Shown here piece by piece: positions 9,045 through 17,588 of a stretch of DNA of 64,000 nt. The notes under the pieces are model-generated. The model was not told where the DNA came from. It made no database searches and was given only the letters and a program-made list of their open reading frames with translations. The position numbers and the translations under genes were made by a program. Position 1 is the stretch's first letter, and each line of letters starts with the position of its first letter. The stretch is taken from sequence record NC_048747.1, one strand, 5' to 3'.

Positions 9045-9995
9045 TTAGACCATGAAAGAGATCTCACGAGTACTTTCACTTCCCCACGGCATTAATGACT
9101 GATTAATGGTCATCGCCCAAACGTTATCATGGGGTGTTGGTTTGAAAGTTAACAGATCATTGTTCGTGTTATAGTAGTGCTCCTTTAACACACGACAAAT
9201 TGGAGCATGATCGAAAGATTCTAATTCTTCGTAAACAATCTCCGTGATGTGCTTGTACCACTCTACGCGATCTTCTTGAGATGCAGGAACCAGGTAGGTC
9301 AGATCATCACCAGAAGGCAAAGGGATTACAAATCGTAGGGTGGGGTTACCGTATTGTCTTAATCCCATTTGCAAGCGGTCACCTTGGATGTGAGGGAAAT
9401 CCAGCAGAGGTTTACCTAGTTCATTTAGATGCGCTTGAGTAGCAATCTCATGTTCCACGTATTTCTCTAGATCTCCAAGTGCTACCTTCACCAACAACAA
9501 GTAAAGTTTTTCTTTTACAGACACTAACAGTTTGTGGGGTTCATACACCAAGCTTGGATTAGGTTCAAATGACAAACTAGGAACCAAAGGACACGACATC
9601 GAATAACGAATGTATTTTCCTTCCGCGTCCTTAGTTAGTCGTGTATCGAAATTGTAAGTTTCCGCCGCTTTTAGGAAATTGCGTATAATCCCACCGGAAA
9701 CTCGTTTATTCCATGGATACGGGATGAGCTTTTCAAAGTCATGACCGTATTTCGGATTATAGTCAAATGTAAAATCCCTTTGCTTGATGCGAGTCATTCC
9801 TTTAGTGGTGATCGTGATCGTATCACCTTCTTTCCAATAAAACGACAGCGACACCCAAATGCCGTCAGGCATCTTTACCGAGTAAAGTTCATGCTCCATG
9901 GCTTTCGAGTAGTCACTTTTGATAATGGTAGGGATTGAGTGTAAAGCGTGTTGAAATAAACTCTTTAAACCCAGATTAACCAATTTGGTATTCAT
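9045..9995 (-). CDS. Hypothetical protein, member of local paralog family (start corrected to ATG 9995)
   Basis: ATGA overlap with upstream stop at 9992-9994; protein starts MNTKLVNLGL. Confidence 0.8.
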   Translation of the reverse strand: MNTKLVNLGLKSLFQHALHSIPTIIKSDYSKAMEHELYSVKMPDGIWVSLSFYWKEGDTITITTKGMTRIKQRDFTFDYNPKYGHDFEKLIPYPWNKRVSGGIIRNFLKAAETYNFDTRLTKDAEGKYIRYSMSCPLVPSLSFEPNPSLVYEPHKLLVSVKEKLYLLLVKVALGDLEKYVEHEIATQAHLNELGKPLLDFPHIQGDRLQMGLRQYGNPTLRFVIPLPSGDDLTYLVPASQEDRVEWYKHITEIVYEELESFDHAPICRVLKEHYYNTNNDLLTFKPTPHDNVWAMTINQSLMPWGSESTREISFMV

Positions 9996-10336
9996 GCTGC
10001 TTTCCTGTTTACTAAGTAGTTGTGGACGAAGCGTTTGATGGGATCTAACCAAAACGTTCCGCGTTCTAAATCGAATAGAACCTGAGCTTCGTGTTCTAAG
10101 TCAGGTTCCTTTAATGTTAAGGTAAGTACTCGTTCGATGGAACCTGCCAGACCCTTACGGTCCAGCAGGCGTAACCCATTATAACGGTGTACGATTTCGT
10201 TGACGATGAGGAGGAGGTCGTTACCTTCTAATGTTAGGGTAACTTTACCTTCATGTGTTAATACCTCACCTTTACCTTCGCTAATAGTTTGTTCTACTAA
10301 CGACAAAGCCATTTCTTGGTAATTATGTTTTTCCAT
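9992..10336 (-). CDS. Hypothetical protein (114 aa)
   Basis: AAGGA RBS; translationally coupled to the next gene. Confidence 0.75.
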   Translation of the reverse strand: MEKHNYQEMALSLVEQTISEGKGEVLTHEGKVTLTLEGNDLLLIVNEIVHRYNGLRLLDRKGLAGSIERVLTLTLKEPDLEHEAQVLFDLERGTFWLDPIKRFVHNYLVNRKAA

Positions 10337-10372
10337 TTTCCTTGGTCCAACTGACGTTTAATTTAGTTTATG

Positions 10373-11392
10373 TTATTCGCCCGGTACCAGCAGTACTCGG
10401 ATTTCTTTTGTAAAGATATCTTTATCCAACATCACGTCGATCTCACCTGTTTGAGTATTTTTAGCCATGCGGCCGTAGTGGGTTGGTTGACTTCGAACCG
10501 TGTTGTAGAACCCACTAATAAGTTGGAACTCATGCTCGGTAACACGACACATCCCACGAATCCACTCGCTGATCTCATAGAGTTGACTCATACGGTCAGA
10601 GTAATTAAGAGAAAGTTTAAATGCTTCACGATAACCATCAACCAGATTAACGTATAGCTTAAACTGAGATCCGTCGTGGTCCACTACGACTGAGAACCCG
10701 GAGTTTTGACACACAGGAACATTAACCAAGACCACTGGACGGAAACGATCGTCCCCAAACATGATTTGATTCTTCATCAAAGTTTGCTCAACTTCGTAAG
10801 GAAGATAGCGTGCTATTTCAGCAGAGATAATACTAGCGATTGCACTTCGTGTCTCCAAAGCTGCATCGTCGTAAGTCATCTCACGTGGTATAACTTTTGC
10901 TTGTTTGGTAATGGTCAGTGGGCGACCAGATCCACTATAATGGACGTTATACTTAAATGAACCTGAGCCATCTAACGTACTACCACTTTCAAAGATACTG
11001 ATTCCTATTTCTGCTAAACCACCCGGCATAGCCTCGGTCAAACTCAGCAACTCACGTTCACCGAAGGAAGTCGAGGAATCTATAACCTCATTGATCTCTG
11101 GGATTCGTTGTGTTGCTAAGCTAACGTGTTTATGGACTTCGACTTCCCAATCCCCGTTCAAGAAGGGGATGTTTTTGGCCTTCATCAAATAATGATCTGG
11201 CTTACCCTCGATAGGTTCTATGCCGATCAAGATATCTTGGTTTCTGTAACCACATATGCCGATAGCTAACTTATCATTAAATTTAGATTCTTTAGCGATC
11301 CAGTGCGCTTCTAGTATCCAGTGTTTTACCAAAGGACGAACGATGAAGTTAAGTTTACCTTGAGGTAGTTTTTCTGGTGCTTTGTTGAACAT
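10373..11392 (-). CDS. Hypothetical protein, paralog family (339 aa)
   Basis: Two-module architecture resembling 11424-12467. Confidence 0.8.
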   Translation of the reverse strand: MFNKAPEKLPQGKLNFIVRPLVKHWILEAHWIAKESKFNDKLAIGICGYRNQDILIGIEPIEGKPDHYLMKAKNIPFLNGDWEVEVHKHVSLATQRIPEINEVIDSSTSFGERELLSLTEAMPGGLAEIGISIFESGSTLDGSGSFKYNVHYSGSGRPLTITKQAKVIPREMTYDDAALETRSAIASIISAEIARYLPYEVEQTLMKNQIMFGDDRFRPVVLVNVPVCQNSGFSVVVDHDGSQFKLYVNLVDGYREAFKLSLNYSDRMSQLYEISEWIRGMCRVTEHEFQLISGFYNTVRSQPTHYGRMAKNTQTGEIDVMLDKDIFTKEIRVLLVPGE

Positions 11393-11423
11393 GATTGGGT
11401 TTCCTTCTATTGGTGTGGTTGGA

Positions 11424-12467
11424 TTAAAGTGCAGGTGCTTCGCCTACGATCTTAGTGGTGAATTCAAAGACACGGTTTTGGTGGTATGGTAGTAAATGCT
11501 CGTGTACGTTCACTAGAGCTGCTTTATCTCGTTCATTGACCGATGTACTGCCGTAATCGTTTTTAAGGGTTTCTAGCTCCTTACAGTGACGGTAAGCCTC
11601 TTTTAAATCAACGTGATCACTAAGTAGGAAAGTAAGTTTCAAGTGAGTTACTAAATCCCTTGCCCAGCTTTTCCGTACAGTGTATTCTCGTGGAACTAAA
11701 AATTCCATTAGACCTTCACCGGTATCGACGACTAAGTAAATTAGATTACCACGGTACTCCAAGTAAAGGGCATACTGAGTAACATTACTTACTGGTAGTT
11801 GGATGATGTACTCTCGTTTAGATGTTAATCGAACACCCGGCAACGGTTTTAGTAATAAACGTTCTAAGATGTCTGGGAGCTCACCTAACGCTTTGTTGAA
11901 CAGAGTCTTACCCAAACATTCTCGTTGTATTAAGACTTGACCATGTACACTATAGTCTTCTCTACCTCGTGTCATGTGTGAATCCAAAGAAGTTCTAAAT
12001 GTACACTCCCCTCCTTTGGTTCCGATCTTTATTTCATTATCACAATGTTCTAAAGTGATGTCAGCTATCTCCAGTTTATTTTCACTGATTAGCTCCATGA
12101 GTGTGTGTCGGTGCAGATCTCCAACCAACTCCATGTTTTCTTGATAAGAGTCATCACAAACAGTAAATGCTGTTTGCTTTTTCCAACCATCATTAAGGTC
12201 ACTGGATATAGGAGCGTAAACCACTCTACCGGAAACGTTAACGAGATTCAGATGACGCAGACCTTCGGTTACGATCGTACAACCTTCAGTATCTCGATTG
12301 ATGGCCTTGATGGTAGCGTGATCGTCTCGCCAAGGAAGTTTAAACTTAGCGATGACCAAGTCCTCTCCCAATGGTTTAAGGGCACTGAATTTAGGAGCCA
12401 GTTCTAACCAACCTTTTACTAATGACGCTAAAGCTAATTGTAATTTAGATTTTTCTACTAAGTTCAT
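11424..12467 (-). CDS. Hypothetical protein, paralog family (347 aa)
   Basis: N-terminus LVKGWLEL...FKLPW...IKAI...EGL matches 12471-12941. Confidence 0.8.
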   Translation of the reverse strand: MNLVEKSKLQLALASLVKGWLELAPKFSALKPLGEDLVIAKFKLPWRDDHATIKAINRDTEGCTIVTEGLRHLNLVNVSGRVVYAPISSDLNDGWKKQTAFTVCDDSYQENMELVGDLHRHTLMELISENKLEIADITLEHCDNEIKIGTKGGECTFRTSLDSHMTRGREDYSVHGQVLIQRECLGKTLFNKALGELPDILERLLLKPLPGVRLTSKREYIIQLPVSNVTQYALYLEYRGNLIYLVVDTGEGLMEFLVPREYTVRKSWARDLVTHLKLTFLLSDHVDLKEAYRHCKELETLKNDYGSTSVNERDKAALVNVHEHLLPYHQNRVFEFTTKIVGEAPAL

Positions 12468-12470
12468 GAT

Positions 12471-12941
12471 TTAAATCTCACCGTATTTGTTAGGAATGAA
12501 AGCGACACCCACGTCTGAAATAGAACTATGTTTAACGGTAAAGTGTCTGTGTGTTATATTAAAGGTAAATTCTGGTAATAGTTCTGGTTCTTCCTTAGCT
12601 AAGTGATATAGATCGTTAACACGACGATAGGCTTGTCTCCTTAGATCTTCTAAATCTTCGTTGTACTGTACGTCTTCACCCAGTAAGTTTATACAAAGGT
12701 CATTTAAACCTAGGTAGTATAATCCACTCACCACTACCGTAAAGTTTACGTCATCCACCGATACCGCTTTTATGCTGATCTGTTTTTCTGCATCCCACGG
12801 TAGTGTAAAGGTGATTATATCTTTACGTCCTTGGTGCTTGGTCTTAAGCTCCTTAGCATCCGTAAAGGTAGCGAGTTCTATCCAACCATTGATAACAGGT
12901 AGTAGTGCGTTACTTACTTTAGATCTGCTTTTTACATCCAT
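12471..12941 (-). CDS. Hypothetical protein, paralog family (156 aa)
   Basis: VINGWIEL...FTLPW...IKAV...SGL matches N-module of 11424-12467. Confidence 0.8.
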   Translation of the reverse strand: MDVKSRSKVSNALLPVINGWIELATFTDAKELKTKHQGRKDIITFTLPWDAEKQISIKAVSVDDVNFTVVVSGLYYLGLNDLCINLLGEDVQYNEDLEDLRRQAYRRVNDLYHLAKEEPELLPEFTFNITHRHFTVKHSSISDVGVAFIPNKYGEI

Positions 12942-12959
12942 GATCTTTACTCCTAGGTT

Positions 12960-13352
12960 TTATAACTTAATAGGTTGTACATTGTAGTGTAAGATTAATT
13001 CATTGTTATGAATAATAGGTAAATCGATAAAGTCTAACGCTCTTTCACTTATGAAACCAACTAAGCTCTCTTTGGTTAAATCTCCAAAGGTATTTAAGTC
13101 CACTCGTTCCCCTAAACCATAGTCTAACGTAAGGTTACTATACCCTAGTTCAACTAACCCTACGGTACGTAACTTATAACGCTCTCCTATTCGCTCTAGG
13201 TGAACCTCTAAGTGATAACCTACTGACTTTAACTTATTACGAACCTCGTAAGTCTTAAGTAGTACCTTGTGTTCTCCGTCTTCTAGTACTAACCCTACTC
13301 CTACGTGTAACGCTCTACTTACTAACCCTGCTAATACTTCTTTTTCATTCAT
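12960..13352 (-). CDS. Hypothetical protein, low-complexity L/V/G/E-rich (130 aa)
   Basis: ORF with TAAGG RBS; strongly skewed codon usage. Confidence 0.65.
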   Translation of the reverse strand: MNEKEVLAGLVSRALHVGVGLVLEDGEHKVLLKTYEVRNKLKSVGYHLEVHLERIGERYKLRTVGLVELGYSNLTLDYGLGERVDLNTFGDLTKESLVGFISERALDFIDLPIIHNNELILHYNVQPIKL

Positions 13353-13574
13353 GGTCTAATAACCTTAATTAACTACTAAATATTCAAAATGCAGTATAAA
13401 CCCTAGTAGGACTCCTTAACGGACATCCTACTATGTATCTATACCTTTAACGTATGACTCTTTACCTTAACCACTTCACTCGTGATACTCGTTACGTTGT
13501 AAGGAAGTCATACTCTATAGTTAGATATATTAATATATTAATATTAATTATCTTGGGCTTTGCCCGAATCTTTT

Positions 13575-13662
13575 AACTAACTTGAACCAACTAACCTTGA
13601 CACCCACTCAACCTTGACACCCCTATCACCTTGCCCCTATCACCTTGCCCCTCTTTCTCCCC
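13575..13662. repeat. Tandem imperfect direct repeats (iteron-like) with four C4 runs
   Basis: accttgacacccactca / accttgacacccctatc / accttgcccctatc / accttgcccctc at 13594, 13611, 13628, 13642; aactaac(c)ttga at 13575 and 13589; CCCC at 13620, 13634, 13648, 13659. Confidence 0.9.
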
Positions 13663-13801
13663 ATCGCCTTTCACTTTTAGGGGTGAAAATAACGATGAAA
13701 AAACAGGTAAAATAACAAGATTTTAGAGTACAAAGTAACCGTTCAATAAAAATGGGGTAAAAAGGTTTTGTAACATATAATACATGTCACTTAGTTTTTA
13801 A

Positions 13802-14593
13802 TTATCTTTTAGGTTTCTTTAACCAACCTTTGAATCGATTAGATTGGTTTTTAATTAATAACCTATCATCGACTTCACTCTTATCGATTACCTCCACTTT
13901 ACAGTTATTGCAAGTTTTATTTTCATCTTTAGCCGCTAAATAAGCATGAGTCATCCGGTACTTCTTACAATCAACTTCACCTGAAATGATGAATTTGTGG
14001 TTGAGGAATTGACCCCCTTTAACAACTTCACAAAGGTAATAAACCCGAGGAACAGAGAAGCTACCTAGTTCATCTATAGCGTGGTGAGTGTTACCTTTTT
14101 GAGTACACCACTCGAGGTTAGCAAAGAAATTATGTTGTTTATCTAGGTCTTTATGATTGACCAGCAACTTAGTTAAAGGTTTGTTTGTATAGTTACCTAC
14201 AAACATGCATGCGACGGCACGATGGATGCGAATGTTCCTACCTGAAATAGTATCGTTATGTCTCAAGTAATCACCTTTACCTCCTTTCGTCGACCCTTTG
14301 AGAAAGTTACCACTCTTTGAGTTATACACTCTACCGTGACTACTTATAAACAGATGAGGGGATTCAAAGAAACCTTGACCTCTTTTACCCTTTTTGATAA
14401 AATCCCACTGATAGTGACGCTCCCACAGTTCAAAATCCGGATCTTCCTTTATCTTAGATAGAAGAATTGGATATAGAAACGTGGGCCGACTATAGTGAGG
14501 AAGGCTCTGATAAAGATCGAACATATCTTTGTTGAGAAGATCTCCCACCAAATTATGTTGATCAATAAATTCATCTAAGTCCATATAACTCAC
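13802..14593 (-). CDS. Free-standing HNH homing endonuclease (HNH_3 type with NUMOD4-like N-region)
   Basis: ISSHGRVYN...GDYLR; IHRAVACMF; VNHKDLDKQHNFFANLEWCTQKGN. Confidence 0.88.
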   Translation of the reverse strand: MSYMDLDEFIDQHNLVGDLLNKDMFDLYQSLPHYSRPTFLYPILLSKIKEDPDFELWERHYQWDFIKKGKRGQGFFESPHLFISSHGRVYNSKSGNFLKGSTKGGKGDYLRHNDTISGRNIRIHRAVACMFVGNYTNKPLTKLLVNHKDLDKQHNFFANLEWCTQKGNTHHAIDELGSFSVPRVYYLCEVVKGGQFLNHKFIISGEVDCKKYRMTHAYLAAKDENKTCNNCKVEVIDKSEVDDRLLIKNQSNRFKGWLKKPKR

Positions 14594-14600
14594 CCTTTAC

Positions 14601-15224
14601 TTAATCTAAGACTCTAGGACAAGGTAATACTTCTTTGGTTTGTTTACCCAACAATGAAGTTCTCAGTATGTGGTAGTAACACCTACCTTTACCTCTACCT
14701 CTTCGTATTAGAACTTGTTCAATACACAAATAAGAGTCTAAGTAAAAGAATCCCACTACTTGTTCTTTACTAAGCCAACTACGACTACGGAACATTCCGG
14801 TTTCCTTCATAGCTCCAATTCGAGTGAAGAACAATTCGTTAGCCTTTTCCTGAACTTTACGTGTTAAGTACTTATCAAAGTAAGGACTCAGTAATTCACG
14901 TAGCAAGTCTTGGACTTCAGAGACTTCTTCTTTGTTGTTAGCGTTAAAACGATAAACCACACCTTCCTGGACATTATCCTCAAGCAAAGCGTGCAACCCA
15001 TATAACGTTAACGTTACTTCATCCCCGAAGTTGTAGAACGTACACTGGCACTCTCTATCACCGATTCTCACATTGAATAACGGGTAAGCTTCCGTAGCAA
15101 CTCCGGTGTCTAGTCGACGTTTTAATACCGCCCCAAGCTTTAAGGTTAACTCCTTCAACAAAGTTAACGCATGGTGCTTGTAAGCAAGTTCCAAGTCTGG
15201 ACCTCTAGATCGCCCATCACACAT
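14601..15224 (-). CDS. Hypothetical protein (207 aa)
   Basis: Co-oriented ORF. Confidence 0.75.
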   Translation of the reverse strand: MCDGRSRGPDLELAYKHHALTLLKELTLKLGAVLKRRLDTGVATEAYPLFNVRIGDRECQCTFYNFGDEVTLTLYGLHALLEDNVQEGVVYRFNANNKEEVSEVQDLLRELLSPYFDKYLTRKVQEKANELFFTRIGAMKETGMFRSRSWLSKEQVVGFFYLDSYLCIEQVLIRRGRGKGRCYYHILRTSLLGKQTKEVLPCPRVLD

Positions 15225-15742
15225 TCTGTATACCCTCCTAACGCATTTTGAAAACTAAAGATTAATTCATAAACCACACCACCCAATTCCAGTACACGAG
15301 GTTGCACGTATGCTGAGAACGGTGTACCTAGATTCCCCTGGACTGGTTCGTAGTGTTTTAAAGTCCCAGATTCCATTGACCGTTTAATAGCTTCCGGGAT
15401 GTTGTACTTTACTATGGCAGTGAGTTTACCCTTAGCGTCTTTAACTCGTTTCTTACTTACATGCTCTTTAAATGTATCTTTGAAGAAACCAACCGCTAAC
15501 GGTTCGTCTTTATGGAAATCAAACACCATTCCGTAAGCTCGGTGTTGTAACCAATCCACGTGAACTCTTACCACACCATGACGAGTGATTTGGTAAGTGA
15601 CGTCCAATTCATTAAACCGAACGACTTGACCACAAGGTTGTTCGACTAACCCTTCTTCAATAGCTTTAAAACGTAAAGCCAACCATTGATCCAGGTTATC
15701 GTAAAACTGTTGAAATAAAAGTGTTTCAATAAAGTGGTTCAT
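15164..15742 (-). CDS. Hypothetical protein (start corrected to ATG 15742, MNHFIETLLF)
   Basis: CAGGAG RBS precedes 15742; promoter-like motif at 15783-15795; longer ORF would cross a terminator. Confidence 0.75.
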   Translation of the reverse strand: MNHFIETLLFQQFYDNLDQWLALRFKAIEEGLVEQPCGQVVRFNELDVTYQITRHGVVRVHVDWLQHRAYGMVFDFHKDEPLAVGFFKDTFKEHVSKKRVKDAKGKLTAIVKYNIPEAIKRSMESGTLKHYEPVQGNLGTPFSAYVQPRVLELGGVVYELIFSFQNALGGYTECVMGDLEVQTWNLLTSTMR

Positions 15743-15782
15743 AATAAGCTCCTGACGTGATACACAGACATCCTTCCCCTTA

Positions 15783-15795
15783 GTAATATAGAACT
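15783..15795 (-). promoter_or_regulatory. Early-promoter-like motif AGTTCTATATTAC
   Basis: Exact copy of 7916-7928; TATATTAC core about 40 nt upstream of a start codon. Confidence 0.6.
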
Positions 15796-15854
15796 GATTT
15801 ATTATAAAACTGAAAAAAAAGATGGTGGGTTTCCCCACCACCACAAGACCTACG

Positions 15855-16448
15855 TTACTTTAGGACTTCCTTCACACCACCAAACAGATGAACATGAATT
15901 CCAACTTCACTGGTGCCTTCAAACCACTTCCATTTAGTTTCATGAACCAGTGTCAATCCTGGTAGTCCGGTCTTATCGATTTGACCATTGTAGTTATATT
16001 GGTCGGTCCCCAGCATTCGTGAAAACCACCCGGGGATAACGACTTCCACATCTTTACTGGCAAACTCCAATACGTGCCGTGTCAGTAAAGATTTCTTTTT
16101 AGCGTAAGTCGAATCACCTAAGAAGGCATTAAGCCGAGCACCCACATCGTTCATAACCCGGTGGTTAACTAGATTCTTGCCCCGACCTAAAGTGACGGTG
16201 AAATCCCGTTCCCCTAAAGGGAATGGTACGTTCAAGAAATCTAAATGATATCGAGCCTTAGTGTCCCGACGCATGATCACTTGGAAATTACCTTGTGCTG
16301 GACCAAAGTAGATAATGTGTGTTTCCACTCCACCATTTCGAACGAGTTCTCGGTGACCGGCGTGAACGATGGTACTGAAGTTGTCGTAAATCATACGGAG
16401 CAATACAAATTGCAACGCGGCTACGACGTCTTTATAAGGAAAAGACAT
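15855..16448 (-). CDS. Hypothetical protein (197 aa)
   Basis: AGGAG RBS; followed by ggtgg/ccacc hairpin and T8 tail. Confidence 0.8.
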   Translation of the reverse strand: MSFPYKDVVAALQFVLLRMIYDNFSTIVHAGHRELVRNGGVETHIIYFGPAQGNFQVIMRRDTKARYHLDFLNVPFPLGERDFTVTLGRGKNLVNHRVMNDVGARLNAFLGDSTYAKKKSLLTRHVLEFASKDVEVVIPGWFSRMLGTDQYNYNGQIDKTGLPGLTLVHETKWKWFEGTSEVGIHVHLFGGVKEVLK

Positions 16449-16652
16449 TGTCGTTACTCCTATTATAAGTTATTGAAATCTGACATTAAATATAGAATCC
16501 CAGTTAAAGAAACTATACATTAAATCCTAAAACCTATTATATAGCAAGGTAACTCTTAAACGATAGACGCTGTGGTTGGTTGTCTTTCGATGGTCATTTG
16601 ACTCAGAATGTCTTGCGATTGGGTTTCAATATCTAGGTTGATCTTAAGGTTC

Positions 16653-16674
16653 GGTAGGGGTCCCATCCCCTACC
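16653..16674 (+). terminator. Terminator-like hairpin with plus-strand tail
   Basis: ggtagggg-tcccat-cccctacc followed by CCTTATTTTTGCATTTT. Confidence 0.7.
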
Positions 16675-16742
16675 CCTTATTTTTGCATTTTGGAATTTTA
16701 TTGAACCACATACCGACCATCCAACTCATAAGGTAACGTATT

Positions 16743-17588
16743 ATGAACTGCGTAGATTATGCAATCAACGAAGTAGTAGAAGGCGGGGACATCTCAAGCT
16801 ACGTGCTGGAGTTAGCGTTTGCTAACCCTAACCAGAACGTGGTGGATAACTGGTTATCAGAACCGATCAACTATAGTGTTGAGCAGGGTCTACGAGAACG
16901 CGTTATCCACGGAGTAGTCCTCAAGCAATGTAACGTCCAAGGCGGCGTAACAGAATTAATCGATCTGACTGGATCTAGTATCATTCAGTTAGGTCACGGT
17001 AAAATCCAAGTGCAGGTCCCAGACTTTGTAACTGGTGGACGTAAGATCGTCTCGGTTGCGGAAGTATATCAAGGTTCTATTGGTGCTTCCAGCGGCGCGC
17101 TTTCTATGGCCGCTCAAAACGTGGGATGTGGTGAAGGTGCTTTGAATGACATGACCGCAGGGATGTTAAACGGATTACGTTCTAACCGCGCCATTCCTCA
17201 AACGTTCACCAACATTCAAGTTATTGGTAATAACACGTTCATCATCAGTAACTGTCCGTCGGGCATCTTCTCGATGACCGCTCGTATGGTGTTAGAGTCT
17301 GACGACGCGCTATCCCATATCAATCCGAGAGCTTACCCTTATTTCGCTACGCTAGTCGAACACGCGACCAAAGCCCACATTTACAAAAACGTACGTAACA
17401 AAATTAACGAAGGTGTGGTCCGTGGTGGTGTTAACGTGGACTCCGTTCGAGATGAAGTTTACGGATACCAAGATGCGTGGAAAGATTACAAAGAGTACTT
17501 TGAAAACGAATGGCTCAAGTTTATGTCTTACTCTGATACTCAGCGTAAAGCAGAGATGATTCGTAAGACTGTTCCTGGGAGAATGTAA
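16743..17588 (+). CDS. Conserved phiKZ-like protein, probably virion-associated
   Basis: TAATG coupling to the gp32-like gene; N-terminus MNxxxYAINEV resembles proteins recalled from phiKZ-like phages (unverified). Confidence 0.7.
   Translation: MNCVDYAINEVVEGGDISSYVLELAFANPNQNVVDNWLSEPINYSVEQGLRERVIHGVVLKQCNVQGGVTELIDLTGSSIIQLGHGKIQVQVPDFVTGGRKIVSVAEVYQGSIGASSGALSMAAQNVGCGEGALNDMTAGMLNGLRSNRAIPQTFTNIQVIGNNTFIISNCPSGIFSMTARMVLESDDALSHINPRAYPYFATLVEHATKAHIYKNVRNKINEGVVRGGVNVDSVRDEVYGYQDAWKDYKEYFENEWLKFMSYSDTQRKAEMIRKTVPGRM

Noticed and set aside
13575-13662. Possible CRISPR mini-array
   Set aside because: Repeats are 14-17 bp, contiguous, with no unique spacers and no cas genes
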